A stretch of 64,000 bases of DNA from Sphagnum compactum (Eukaryota): assembly GCA_965153455.1 (NCBI GenBank), contig OZ234493.1, positions 31,858,213 to 31,922,212 of the forward strand. Reading direction: 5' to 3'. Made by a program: the position numbers and the translations under genes. Within the stretch, counting starts at the first letter, position 1; every line of letters starts with the position of its first letter. The notes beneath the pieces were generated by a model. The model made no database searches. It worked only from the letters and a program-made list of their open reading frames with translations, and was not told the origin of the DNA. Of the stretch, positions 37,718 to 52,399 are shown in pieces.

Positions 37718-40700
37718 ATGTCTGTGGAAGAAAGGTCTCCTGGAGAAGATTCAGAAATGAAAGCAAAGCAGCAGAAGTTGCTGAAAAGCTTGGAACCAAA
37801 CTTGTGGATGTGTGAGCAACGAAGCCCTTCTTCAAGAGGCAATCAAGGTCACAATGTGCTTGAGCAGGCCACAACAGTGGAGACAAGAGCTGCATTTGAA
37901 TCTCAAAGAAACCTACAAGAGGTGTCATCAACCTCATCATCATCTTTGGAGCTCCAAACTGGGGCTCAAAAGATTGAAAAGGAAATGGACATGAGTGTGG
38001 ACAACAATCCAGGGAGAGATGCAATTGGAACATATATATCAAAGGGTGTACAAGGAGTGAAGGAAGATTGTCAAAGATTCCGGCTTCAGATGCAGATGTT
38101 GAAAGAGAAAGCTGAGGACACCAAGAAGAGAGAAGTGGAAGTTGAAGGAATGGCAAATAGTATGAATAGGCAACTGGATGTGGTTCCAACAAACAGTTTA
38201 GCTCTGGACGTAGTTCCAACACAGCTGCCAACAAGCCAGACAACACAGTCCAGCACATTAACAGACAGAGAGGAGTTACGGCATTTATTGGAAGGTGGTC
38301 CAGGTGATGGTAGTGGTGAGGATAAAAATATTGGAGCTTCCTCCTCTTTCAAATTTGCTGCAAGATTAAGAAGAGGAAATAGATGTTGTCCCCATAGCAG
38401 ACATTTTCTTTGGGAGGAAGCCATAGGAAGAAAAAGTCGACACAAGAAGTTGAAGACTTGCAGGATCATTTTAACCTCAGCTTCAGATTCATTTGCATGC
38501 ACTCCTCTATCCTCTCTCCCTTCTTCTCCTTCCATGGACAGCAGCCAGAATTTGCACAAAGAAGCAACAACAACTCTCACTGCAGCAGAGCATTGCACTC
38601 CTCTGTACCCTCTCCTCCATCATCACCCTCTACAGGGAATTAGTTCCTTATGTACTTCAACAAAGTTTGACAGTAAACAGTCAAAGGACCATGAGTTTGC
38701 TGATCTTTCTTCTCCGAATTCCACTGTGATCATATTGCCCACACCACCACCACATATACTAAACTACAATCCTCAGCAAATTTCTCCTCCACTAGGTCCT
38801 CAATGCAACAGTCAGTTCAAGGTTTATTGCAATCAATATGTTGCCAGAGCTCCTCTACCAGAATCAACTATTAAACGTGATCTGGCCGATATAGATAATC
38901 AGCGATTAGGTGTGATTCCAGGAGGAGGAGCTTGTGCTGCTGCTGTGGTTGTTGGGCATCCACAAGAAAAAGAAGAAGAAGAAGAAGAAGAAGAAAACGA
39001 GAAGGAAGTCAATCGAACCAGAAAAGCTTGCCAGAAGTTCCTTCTCTCAACACATGATCGTCAGAGCCGACACAGTTTGAACAATTGGAAGATTGGGGCA
39101 AGCACTACACTCTTGAAAGCTTTTCCTCAATTTCTTCACGCTTCTTGATATGGAATCATAAGAAATGAATGTATGTGTTGTCAATCAAGGTGAGGAGAAG
39201 GTGAGAGAGACACATGGATCGATCTTCTGATGTTCATCTCATGATGTCAATGATTCTAACAACATCAAGTTGTAGAGTTGCATCAAGGATGCCTATGATG
39301 AGAAGATAGCGCACACACAGAGACTGATGGGTGAACTCAAAGGTTCAGTGGAAGGATTCAAGATCAGAATTGAAGTGGAGAGTGAGGGTTGGCGAACTCA
39401 CATGGAAGTATTGAAGAATGAGTTGGAAAGCTTGAGAAGGGAACAAGAGTATGCAATTGCAGATGCAAAACACAGCATTCGCAGCGAATTCGAAGGCAGG
39501 CTTGGGGGTTTGATGGATGCAGCAGAGAGAGCAAGTGAAGAGAAGGAACAGGTTTAAGCTTATTTCCTTGTCAAAGCATTTTGGTTGTTCACCACATGAC
39601 AACAAGGCATCAAGTCTCTGGGTGGGCTCTACAGACAGGAATCTCATGTTTTGCAGTATGTAGAATCATGTTTCTAGAATGCAGTCTAGCTTAGGTTAAA
39701 CCAATTCATAAGTCATCAGGTAGAGGCACTGGTGGACGAGAGGATAGAGAAAAGACTGAACAAGAAGGACATTGTCATGTCTGAGATGAAGAGCAACATG
39801 CGCCTTTTGTGGACTGAGGTAGAATCTCTGACTAAAGGCAGAGACCATTTGCAAGAACATGTGAATCACCTGACCAAAGTTGCCAAGATAGCAAAGGAGA
39901 ATGCTAACCGTGAGCAAGACATTCTCAAATCAGAAAATGGATTTCTGCGCAGGCAGCTGCAATGTTTCAAAGGCAATGACAATCAGGTAGGTCTGCTCAT
40001 GACCAATCTCACTTCTACACAATCATACCCTTGTTCTGATGCAAATGCCAAAGCTTTGGCTGGATTGCATGATCAGATCCATTGCATGTGAAAGGTGATC
40101 TGCCCTGCAGATGAAGTCTGAATTAGAGAGGGAAAATTTATGGCAGGCAGTGGAGAAGCTCAAATATGAAGGCACTGATTTGAAGCTTGATGTAAAAGAT
40201 TTCAAGAAAGTTGAAAAGGCAGTGAAGGTAAGGATGCATGAAGCTCACATTGCTATTACATCCTTGTGAATTGCACTCCTGGATGTAGAGTCTAAACCTG
40301 CAACCTGATCATGTATTTTGCAGAGGGGATTCAGAGAATAAGTAATTTTTTGGCTGTGTGATTGAAATCTCGTTTGCTCTTCTCAGATGGAACTTGAGAA
40401 TGTAAGAAAGCTTGCAGAAATGATGCAAGAGGACACTGAAGAACTGGAGAGGGAAAGAGGCATGTCACATGTACTCGGTGTCCAGGAGAGACTTCTAAGA
40501 ATGGAGAACGTTGAGAGTCTTTCACACCTCTATCCAGGAGGATTGGAGGAGGTTCATGCTGATCTATTCAATGTGAAGCTTAGTTGCCATGACCACATAG
40601 ACAAACTGGAAGAGCAATGGAAACAAGTTCAGCAGCATGAGCACCAAGAGAAGGATTCCTCAAGAGAGGAACTTGGATCATCTGTTCCACCACAAGTAAG

Positions 40701-43700
40701 TTGCATCACATACTTCCCTTTTCAGCTTCAACCCCATAACAAAGTCTTCAGGTTGGACAATGCAAGAAGAAGAAGAAGGATTTAAGCCCTCAATAGTCTA
40801 TTCATGATACCGTTCTACACACTTCTTGAGATCTGATTTTTTTTTCCTGCAAGTTTGGTGGGATGTTTCAGGTGCTTTTGGACAATCTCATGGAGAATAT
40901 GAGAAGTGAGATGGCAGAAATAGTGGAGACAGAACGACATATTCTTCAACAGACACTTGAGAGGGAGAGTGGATCCATTCATTGCCAACTGAAAGAAGCC
41001 TGCACCAACAACAGATGTGAAATGAGAAGCATGGTCAAAGCAGAGGTGCAGAAGTGCTTGAAAAATTCACAAGAGAAAATGTTGGCAATGACACATTCAA
41101 TCAAGCAAGAAGTGAAAGACTTGAAGACTGAACTAGGTGTTGCAGAGGTACACAACAACAACAAAACCCCTTGTCAAACTTTGGATTTTCTCTTGTGCAT
41201 CATCCCATAAAGCCATGACCTGATGATGATTGCTCAAGATTGTGAAATTTGCATGCATCACATAATTTATTCTCATGTCAAATAGAATAGTTCGATTGTT
41301 GGTGATGAGCAGGAAGGTCTAGATGATCTGGCAAGAGCTTTGTCAGTTGTAGAAAAACATAAGGAAGTGGCAGCAATGGCAGCTGCAGAAGCCACTATGT
41401 CATCAAGAAAAGCAAGCAACATGCTTAATGAAATGCTTGGATCTTTCAGTATTGAGATGGCAAATGCACGTTCAAACAGCCTGCAGCTGCAGGTTAGATT
41501 CCACATGATTATGTTCCTCAGATTAAAGGTGTTCCATTTATTGATATATTAGAATTATGGGTACAAAGTACATGCCTTCTGACTGTGAAACCACACTTGC
41601 ACTATTGTGATCCAGAAGAATCTGGCAATTGAGAGAGACATGGCAGCAGCTGCTGCTGCTGAGGCCATCAAAGTGAGCAAGGAGCTTACCAAGGTGAAAG
41701 AATGCTCACAGATTGCTATTGCAGAAGCACAAAACAAAAACCACAAGTTGCAACAGTTTCTAGAGAGAGAGAGCTCAAAGATCATGACTGCAATGTCTGT
41801 TGTTCACAAAGAAAAACATGTGGCGTCAATTGCTGCATCAGAGGCTGCTGCATCTGCAAATCAGGCTGGACAAGTATTGGCTGACATTCTCGGCTCCTTC
41901 AACTCAGAAATGGCAAAAGCTCAGAGGCTGAGTTTGCAGCTGCAGGTACCATTCATCTTCATCACATGAATTTTGTCACTTGAATCATCTGAAGAAAACC
42001 ATCCTTGAGTAACTGTAAGCAAGAAGATCATGTGTGCAACACTGATGATGTGTGCAGGAGCGTTTGGAGAGAGAGAAGGATGGCATGGTGTGTGAGAGAC
42101 AATTGGCAATACAACACAGCCAGGAAGCCAGAAACCGCTTCAGCAATGAACTTGAGCTTGCCATTGCTGGCTGGCAATCGGCAATGAATGCTGAGGTTGC
42201 CAAAGCCAAAGAAATCAGTCATAATCTTCAGGAAGTAAAGAGCCAATTGTCTTCCACACTCATGCAGCAATCTCTTGCAGGTCCTAATCTGATGACTGCA
42301 AGTCATCAAATCCATGAGCACAAGAAGTCTTGCAACATCTCCAAGGTAAAAAACCATCACCATCTATGCCAAGAAATGAAAGATGTTCTGCACACTTTAA
42401 GAATTGCAAGCTTTTCTAAAATTTGTAACAAAATGGAGGACATACAGATGGAGGACAGCCTCAACACTCTCTCACAAACAGTGGAACAAATACAAGAATC
42501 ACAAAATCATTTGAATATAGAGAAGAAGCAGCACCTGATTGCTATGCAGCAAGAGCTTGAACGGCAAGAGAGAGAATGGAAGGTTGAGCTCAACCAGCTC
42601 AATCAGGTCAGCACTGGTTCTTTCTCATCTAAGAAATCTAAGACATCACAATACAAGGAAATTTTCTGATTTAGTTTGTAGATCATCATCACTTCATATC
42701 CAGACAGTTTGCATAAAGTTTGAGATTAAAGATAAGTTGAACACTCATCAAAACTTGCTTCTTGAAGGTGATGCACATGCTGGAGAAAAGTATAAATGAC
42801 TCAGTGGTTGATCAATCAGACATTGTGAGGAGAATGAAGAAGTTGGAAGGCATGCAGATTGACTTGGTTCATTCATGTGATGAAGTGCGTACCAGCACTT
42901 GTGAGCTTGCAAATACGGCTGCCATTTGGTTTCCAAAGTACGAAGCAGCTGCATGTATCATCAGCGATCTCTCTTTTAAATTGGAGCAAACTGATGAGAA
43001 GATCCGAGCAATCTATTGTGATGAAAACCTAATGCAGCAGATGGCACAGGTTGCAGAGTTGAAGGTGCAAGGGCTCAAAGATTTGATGGCAAGCTCTGTC
43101 TTAGCACAATTTGGACCAGAGCTCCACAACATTCTCAAGCAGGTTGAGAATGATAACCTTGCTCATTGCCAGGTAGTCTTCAAGCACATATTTGTTGCAA
43201 ATATTTGTTACAATGCTTGATGGATTTGTTGATCTCCTTGTTGAATCAACCTTTTGTGTCCTTCAATCTTTGCTACAACTTGTTGAGATTCAATTGATCA
43301 CCTCTGATTTGTGCAGGCACAAGAAGTTTTGTCAAATCGCATGAACAGGCTTGAGATGGTTGTGGGGTGTGCCAACTGGAGCTCTAGTGTTGATTTGAAG
43401 CATGGTAATGAAATTCCTGCAAATGAAACCAAAGACAGCAATGTGGAATTTGTGGGAAACTTGAGCCAAACTGTTGAGGCTTTGCAAAGGTCTACAACTT
43501 TGCCCCATCTACAACTCTGCATTTCCTTGAAAATCCTCAACTTCAAAGAAGATGACAAACATCTTTTTTTCTCATATCACCATGCACCTCACCACTACCA
43601 CCATCTGAAGCATCAGTGCTTTCATCATCATCAATGCGAACTGTTAGCATTTGCAGGTCATTCCTCTGCTAACAAACACAAAAGTGAATGACAAGTAATA

Positions 43701-45292
43701 ATTACATTGCAGACAAGTGGAATTTTTGGCATCGGAGAAGCACAATGATGTGTCAGTAGCAAGCACAGATCTTCCTACAACAGAGTCCAAATTTGATTCC
43801 AAAGTTGTTATACTAGAGAGCCGGATTGAGCATGTGGCATCTGCAACCTTTTCAAATTTCCGGTATGATCTTTGTATCCTACAATGCCATCCAATCAAAG
43901 AATGAGTTCAAATACAGCTTCAGATATGATAAGAGTTGATACCATATGATCGATTATGAAGAATTTACAAACAGCCCGGTAGTGAATCTTCTACTTTGGA
44001 ACAATCCCTTGCAGAGAGGTCACTCCTTGTATTTATTGGGTGCCCTCTACGTTCAGAGGGTATTATTTCACTGCCTAATTATAAATGGGATGAATGTCAA
44101 TATCTAACTTCATACATTGCAAAATCTGGTAAATTTTGGCAATTGATAAATCCAAAAACTTACTTATTAATGAAAAAAACATCTTTAGTCATGTATTTTC
44201 CGATGCCTTCTTCTTTATGAACATATTAAAGCTTTCTCATGGGTCTAATTTACCTCCAAACTAGTGAACATATATGCCTTCTTTGAGCTGATGGCTGGAT
44301 ATATTTTTGTAGAGATATAAGTGGTGACCTCCTTGTGAACAAACAAACAGGCTGTGACTCTTACATTTGAGATGCTTGTGGTTTTGGACAGTCTGTTGGA
44401 CAAGAAAATTGTGCAGATCATGCTGGGATTGCAGTCTGCAATATCTGGAGCAGCTATGGCAGACAGCAAGTGTGGTGCTCTTGGTGTGGAGCTTGTCAAG
44501 GTCTTTCGAATGCTGGCTTGCTGTAGATCACAAACAAGTCCAGTGCAAAAGATCAAAGATTCAAGCCCGGCTCCTTGTGGTCATACTGGAGACCATGTAG
44601 GAAGACATTACTCACCCACTTCCAGCAGAAACTGCAAGGATCATCATCATGACCACATTTCTTGCACCCATTCTTCTTCCTCTATTTGCAGAAGTGGTGG
44701 TGAGCGTGTATCCCCATCAAGGACAAGCAATGGAAACAAGCAATTGCCGCCGCCGCCGCCACCACCACCACCACCACCCATGGGCTTGAATGTAGGAAAT
44801 GCAGCATCAGTGGCACAAGCTATTGATAGAAGAGGGATAAGAGCAGGTGGCCAATGCAAACTTCATGCTACTCTAACAAGAAGAACTGAGTCTTTTGACA
44901 TAGGTAAGACCCTCACGTTGCAACAAGAGAGAGCAGGAACAGATGAAGAGCCATCCAGTGCATCAGAACAAGGAGAGAGCCCCACAAAACAAAGGTGGAC
45001 TTTTTCTGAACAGTTTCTTGAAGAGATTGAGAATGAAAAGTCTCGTCAACTACAAGGTAGTCACGAGTTCAGTTTCATTGAAAAGTATAGGCAAGGTGCT
45101 GCTCATGAATCTGGCTTGAACAGCCATCTCACAATTGAGAAAACACAGGACTTAGGTAGCTCAGGAATTGACTGTCGTCAAAGAACAAATATTCACTTGG
45201 AAGCCGGCAATGTACATGTGAATGTGAGTCACCATTCAGCTATTGGACATCAGTTGGAGAAGAGGGGAGACTTGATTGCAGTGCAATCATAG
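37718..45292 (+). CDS. Large multi-exon coiled-coil protein of unknown function
   Basis: Frame-consistent GT-AG exon chain: 39276-39551, 39720-39986, 40111-40227, 40387-40695, 40872-41147, 41313-41492, 41616-41945, 42058-42606 (possible internal intron about 42346-42447), 42768-43172, 43317-43489, 43713-43862, 44392-45292. Composition is E/K/Q/L/M-rich and heptad-like, with poly-Pro in the last exon. Low-complexity ORF 37718-39148 probably supplies the N-terminus, but its splice junction is unresolved. Confidence 0.8.
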
Positions 45293-48200
45293 AGATATTT
45301 GAGACAACTTTGACACCTTTGAAGAGATTTTACAATCCTTGAAGCATATTATGCATTGTAGAGGGAAAGAGTGTCTCACTCACTTGCTGGAGAGGAGGAG
45401 AAAGTTCAGATGTGAAACTAAATCATGAGAAGCAAATTCTGACAGAGGTATTTACTTAAGCCCTAGATCCTACATTGTATGCATAGTCCACATATGAGAT
45501 ATACAATTACATTACATCATGAGATGCTCTAGCAGAGATGGATCTAGCAATTCTTATGCTACTGCAATGGTGGTGCTTGCTAAGTTTGTCTGAACACAGA
45601 GAGAAACACTGGAGAAGCTATATGGAAACTTTGCCATCCACTCACTTTCATTTTTGTCTGCAGATGGAATGTTTGACTTCAACTCGACAAAATCAAAAGT
45701 CTAGCTGATGTTCAGGTACTTATGAATTGACAACAGTGTCAGGGATGAAACTGATTTAATTAGCAAGGAATATTCATTTGGCTGGAACCAAATAGCCAGA
45801 AAGATGAAGAATATTTGATGGAGTATGCAAGAAAAATACTCAAATGGAACCAAAAGGAGATGACTTAGGCAGAGTGATGTACATGAAGAAATTGATCACA
45901 ACCAGTTTTGATAGACATTCAGACAGCATGGAGCATTCTGGAAATTTTACTTGCATAGTACCTCAGCCACAGACAAACCGCAGGTAGTTTGGCACACTGG
46001 CATTCGAAGCAGAGATGATAGACCACACTGATATGATTGCTCAGGAAGAGAAATTGTGAGTATCTTATAGTTCCAAAGGATTATTGCTACACATCCAAGT
46101 GGACTTATAATCTACAATGGATGAGACCTTGTGAATATCAAGTCATTCACACAAAACATGACATGCAGGATGTGCAGAAAGTCTTTTTTTGCTTTGCTAT
46201 TGTATTCTGACACAAACTAAAAACATTGAAATGATGCTAAAGTTGTCAGCTTGGAAAGCCTAGTCCCCAATCAATGTAAATGGCCTTTTTTGATGGATGC
46301 CATCACCACTTGAAAACACCTTGAGCAATAGGGCGGCAGGCAAAAACTGAGTCATGAATCAAGAAAGTTATGTATGTGGTTAGATTCAGATATCATAGCT
46401 TTTTACACCATCCATTATGTACAATTCCAAGCATATCTGATGGTGAGAAACCCCCTCTTAAGCATGCGTTGAGTGCAAGGAAGAAAACAGTGCTCATAAA
46501 CTAGCACAAGAACAATAGTGAGGCTGATATGACTTGTGCTTTCTTGACTGGTTTGTAATGTGCTACTGGACCAGTGCCCAGTCGGTATTGAACAAAGTCA
46601 CACACATCAAAGCATGCACATAAAATTGTGTTCTTTCAAATCTCATAACACCAAAGATAAGACTCTAGAGACGCTCTTTGAAAATAAACTCCCAAAACCT
46701 TGAAAAAGCTAAACCCTTGTTCACTCTGAACAAGTTTCCAACAACAAATAACAATTACAAAAAAAAGTAATACTCTACTACAAAATAAATACTAAACCCA
46801 TGACACATTTGTTGGAAATTTAAGCTATCAGTGTCTTCTTAAATTGCCTGTCTTTGACATCTCTTGTAGCAAGCCTTTGTATTCCACACAACAAAAACCA
46901 GCACAAGGTTGTAACTGTTAAACAGATAGCTTGCAATCAACAGAATAATTGTCACAATTAGTTGAATTTCACATCTGAATGCCTGGTTTTTCCCTCCCTG
47001 AGAGCTGTTTTTGTTGCTGCATTTGTTGTAAGATCTCCAGCTCAAGGTCATTGACTTAAATCCAGTTCAATTTGTCGAAACGTCTCTCATTACGATTTTT
47101 AGATTATTTCCCAAATTCAGATCCTTAGAAACACACACAAATCCAACCACCGCAACATCCCTTAAACCTCACTTCCCATTAGATAACTGCTCTCTATACA
47201 CTCCACATAACTAGGTGATAACTAGACTAGGTTGCCCAAATTTTCAACCCAAAATCTTCATTGGTGAACCAATCGTGAACGACCAGATATTGGCTTAAAA
47301 ACTTGAAAATTTTGGGCTGATTTTTTTTGGGGGAGAAATCTGAGGAATAAAACATGGTCTAAAGAGAGAAATCTAGTGTGAACAAAACCAATCTTGCAAC
47401 AAGATAACAACAAACAACAAAATTGCAACAAGATCCACCCCTTCCCCCAAAAATGATTTGGAAGGAGGACAAAAATCTCCATCCATTCTTGCAACACCAA
47501 CCAACCCATTATGGCCTTCATTACAAATCATCTACTGATGGCAATGATGATCATTTCCCAGACACTGACTCCTGAGTACTGAATTGTTTACTGGGGACAA
47601 GAATCAGCACAAGCCATCAACTCATAATGCTGCAGTCCATTATGATTTTGGCCCACCTTGGGGAAAGGCTATGTAGTGTTGTTGTACCATGCTGGGCCAA
47701 GAAGAAGATTCTTCAGCACATTGGCTTTGTCCCCACCATCACATGTATATCTATAGCACTTGGAGAAATTTCCTATGTGGATTTGGTGGGCAACATAAAT
47801 CCATGAATATCCCTCCTAAATGAGTTTTTCCAAGGTTGAAACAATGGAATGGAAAAGGAAAATAGTATCAAACTTTTTAAATATAATTTCCAAACCCTTG
47901 TTTGTACTTTGTAAACCCACATGAAGAAAGAACTCCACATTTAGATAACCAAAAATGAATTTAAAAAGAAGGTAAATTTCTTTGCCCAAAATAAGATGTC
48001 ATCCCCCATGCCAGCCTCCTTCATCTAGATACCACCATACTAGGAACAATTCAATTGTAAGAATTTTTTCCAATATCTTTACAATAAAATGAACAGCTTG
48101 TAACCAAAAGCATCATAAAGAACTATCTGAAATTCCGTATACATTGACATTGTGTATTGAGAATTTTCATCCATGTTGACCTAATTTCATCCATTGACAT

Positions 48201-50717
48201 TGGCATCCAAAAAACCTACTAAAAATTGTACCTTGATATTTCACACCAATTTTATTACAAGTTTGCAACAATTGATGATTGCTGAATATTGTTCATACCC
48301 TTAACAGAGGCATATTTGAAGGTTAAAGTAACTTGCAAATTTGAGCTCGAAGTGTATTTAAATGGTTCATATTTGTCAGATCTTATTTCAGGTAAAGAAA
48401 ATGCTTCAGAGAATATCAATGTGTTACAATTGATGTTTACTTGCTATTTCAAGGTCACATGACAACTTGCAAAAATATGAACCTTTAAACACACATACAT
48501 GTACTTTGCTACAAATATGTCAATTTTAATTGAAAGAACAAGAGGTTTGGAAATTGGTACCTATTTGAAATTATAAAGAACCCATGTAATTACAAGAATC
48601 GTATGATAGGTCAACACTAAGACGATGTGGTTAGTTTTGATTGGATGATCAAAATATGAAATATTCTACAAATTTGAGTTTTCCAACAACCCAAATTAGA
48701 ATTAATTTTCAAAAAACCTCACATCCCACCTATGAAAATTCAATTTTTTTTTCCCAATGATGAAATTAGATATTCTCTTTTATCTTGAGTTGTGGATATC
48801 AACAGTACTTTTACAATTCAACATATGTATTGCAATGAAATTTAAGATATGAAATTGTACAAGAAGGTAGAGTGAGTGAGATGTGCCAGCTTTAGGATCA
48901 AAATGCTGGAAAATGTCAAGCTGGTCGAAAATTCCTTTTAAACAATGAACAACATTGCAAGTTCTTGTTGGTTCCTGAAGGCCCCTTAATCTCTCGAGAA
49001 GGAGCCCTTTATTGAACTATATACAATCAATTCTCAAATTCTTTAGCAATGTCTAGATAGTTGTGGGTTATACATCAGTTTACATGTGTATTCATGTGTG
49101 ATTTATACGTGAAGTTTTAGTCCATGAGATGTTGGTACTTGGTCCTTAACATGGTAAAGGAGAATCCCCTAAGATTGTATATATATCATTAAATCATATT
49201 TGTTAGAATCAATTTTTTATAAAAAATTAAGAACGGAGAGCTAGGCAACAAATGAAACATCACTTTACCTTTAGAATCATTGTTTCTCTCAAGTACTTCA
49301 ATTGTTTCCTATGAGTTTTCCTTTGCCCAAACTATGCTGAATACATTTAAGCATGTCACCAAAGCAAATATTAATTCCAAACATTTTCAAAGCTTGATTT
49401 GCAACAACAAACTCAATAAGAAAAATTGTTGGAAAATAACTGTACAATTTTGGACCTCTGGAGTTAATTAGACATCAACTCAAGTGTGTAACCAAGTGTA
49501 TAATTTCCTCTGCTGATTTTTCAGCTACCTAATTATTAATAGTGTTTTTCTTGAGAATTTTTGTTTGTAGCCAAAGTGGCTATCATCCCTAAAAAGATGT
49601 AGAAATAATGATGATCTAAAAGACTTTGTTGAGGTACTTTAACAAAGTGGCATATTGTGACTATTAAATGGGTGTGAGAACCCCCCAAAGTGTGTTTTTT
49701 TTTAAAAAGTTTTGTTTTGGGATGGGCATTTTTGATTGGCCCATCAATATGGAGACAAAGTGAAGAGATATTAGGAACACATTGGGAACTTGGGGACACA
49801 TGTTGAGAATCTAATGGGAACACAATGAGAACAACAAAAATCTGGTGCCCCCATTGCCCCCAAAAGAAAAAGAACCTAGCCCCTTGGTACATGTTGCCTC
49901 ACCTCCTTGCTACAAGAATTCTTTTTGCCTACATGTGTTCTTTGCCATTTTTGGCTTAGGCCAATGGTAGGGTCATGAACTATGGATGGATATTACAATG
50001 CCCTTAACCAAGAGTGACATTTTACATCAATCATAGGTTTTTGTACTCACGATTTAATAGACTTGGCACGAAGCATGTTAAACCATGAGACATTATCCAA
50101 AATGCATATAATGAGCATTTTTCATCCATTCACATTGCATGATCCCTTAGGCTTACAACCTTCATGTAAAGTGGACTTGTACTTTAATAAAGGTTTTTGA
50201 ATTTCAATGGTCATGGGCTTTTAGCCCTAGAGTAAAGAGGACGGCATATGAAACACAAAACTTTAATCATCCTTCAATATCTTTGGCTACACACTCAAAA
50301 CAAAATATTGACATTTGTTGATTTTTGATAGTTTTCCCCCACTCACTTCTACTGATTGAAATCTTTCAAAGTCAATTCATTTTTTAATTTTGAATTTTGA
50401 AAAAAATTGCCAATAAAAAAAGGCTGCTAATTATCATACCGAATGGATATCAGTCCTTTATTAGAATGAAATTACAACTCACCATATATAATTTGTAATT
50501 AATATAACCCCCCCCTTCCCCCCCCCACCCGAAGAGACTTCCAAGTCCAATATGGGCACATAATAATTAGTCAATGTAAAATCAAAATCAAAATCTGCGA
50601 GAGAGACTTAAGTATTATTGAAAACTTGGAAAAAAAAATTGTACAAAGATGTGAGATTATCAGTCAAGCAGGCTGCTAAATAATTTGTGTGCTAATTTGT
50701 GCATTGATGTGAGCTTA

Positions 50718-50748
<31 letters not shown>

Positions 50749-51361
50749 TGAGAAGATTAAAGCTCTAAAATAAATTAAGCTAATTAGACTTTTGGGTATG
50801 GCAAAAAAAATAAAAAATTGTCATAACTCACAAATGGAGTTTTAAGACTCCCATGATTTTGAGAGCCCAGTTACTACAGAAACTTTTCTGATGTTGTGGC
50901 CGACTTTTGAGCCATCACTTTGAGCTTCATCGCACCACCAGTACTATTATTTTGAAAAAAAATAATTATTGTGAAACAAAACACTGCACGGATGACAAAG
51001 ATTTTTCTCAGGTATACATATTATGTAAAAAAATCCTTTACTGATCTCAAGGGGGTGAACAAATCACACCTGCAAAGACACAAACATCCCAACACAATTT
51101 TCCCTCAATCAAAATTCAAATTCATGCAAGTGAGAGAGAGTCTAGATTTACTTACTCCACATAGATAGGTTGTTGTCAAGTTTCTAATTTTCTTAACTAT
51201 CTGAAATCATGCTGAGTTCAACCATAACTGAGACTGATGTTAAATAATTCTCAAGAGGGTGTATGCAAGAAGAAAAAAAACCAAAACAAAAATAAACAAA
51301 AATAAACCTAGTACTGACCAGAAGGAGTACCTATATGAAGAACTTTGTCCACTCTGCATAT

Positions 51362-51412
51362 CTAAGGGGAAGCTTCATTTAACATCCCGACGTCTTTTAC
51401 TATATATAATTA
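51362..51412 (-). mobile_element. Isolated copy of the Helitron 5'-subterminal motif
   Basis: TAAGGGGAAGCTTC...GACGTCTTTTACTATATATAATT resembles TAAGGGGAAGCTTCTGATGTCCTTTAATATATATAATT at 25436-25473. Confidence 0.5.
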
Positions 51413-51914
51413 GTTAACTGCACTGGGTTACCCACATGAGTAAAATTCAAATTGTAATGGCTCAGACATTGCCTAATTATACTTAACTGTTGAAATTCTC
51501 AAATATGTTGCAGGACCCATGTTTTTGAAACAAAATAGATGCTTGGGGGAAAAAATGAATAAATAAAAATCGGTGCACGGATTATTATTATTATTATTAT
51601 TATTATCGGCAATGGGTAATTCCAAAGGAAACGATATAAAAACTAGTTCCAGAAAAAATGTGGCATTTAGAGAAGAAGATTCACATGAGGTTTTCTAAGA
51701 TATGGCAGCCTGTCTAGTACACTTGTTTGTCTATGATGAGCCTGCACTACTAAAAAAAAAAAAAAAGTTAATTTTCAATTTATTCAAATTAGATGGAAAT
51801 ATTTCAATAGTGAACTTATTGAAATTAAAACAAATCAAGTTTAATAAGCCATCTGATGTTAATTAGGATAATTAGGATCCAAGGATCAATTAGGATAATT
51901 TTTCTAGGCATAGA

Positions 51915-52366
51915 GTGGATTAGGTACTACTTGAGGAGAGTTCTTTATGTGTGTGTGTGTGTTATGAGAAAGTCTAGTGAGAGAGAGAGAGAGAGAAAAA
52001 AAAAAAGAGGAGATTAATTAAGATAGATGATGATCACACAACTGCAGATCCATTCCTTGTAATGTCTATGCACTATTAGCACTACTCTAGAGAATGTCTA
52101 GAACTGGATGGATCATTATGTATTAAGAAGATTTCCTTGTGTTGTGTTGTGTTGTGTTGTGTTGGCGTGTGTGTGTGTGTGTTATGCGAGAGTCTAGAGA
52201 GAGAGAAAGGAGATAAATTAGGATCCATGTCCAACTTAGGTGATCAGAAAGCTTTTAGATCTCCAGTTCTTGTAGTAATGTCTATGTCCTTTTAGTACTA
52301 CTAGAGATTAAAATTATGTCTAGAAGTGGATGGATTAGGTACTCAGGATTTTTCTTTGTTGTGGAT

Positions 52367-52399
<33 letters not shown>

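Noticed and set aside
46533-46556. Partial resemblance to a miR396 target site (CAGTCAAGAAAGCACAAG on the minus strand)
   Set aside because: Only about 10 nt match and there is no surrounding WRC coding sequence.
34238-51412. One giant 17-kb Helitron running from the 5'-like motif at about 51410 to the 3' end at 34238 and carrying the coiled-coil gene
   Set aside because: The 51410 motif lacks an A|TC boundary, a nearer 5'-like motif exists at about 34460, and the enclosed gene looks like a complete resident gene.
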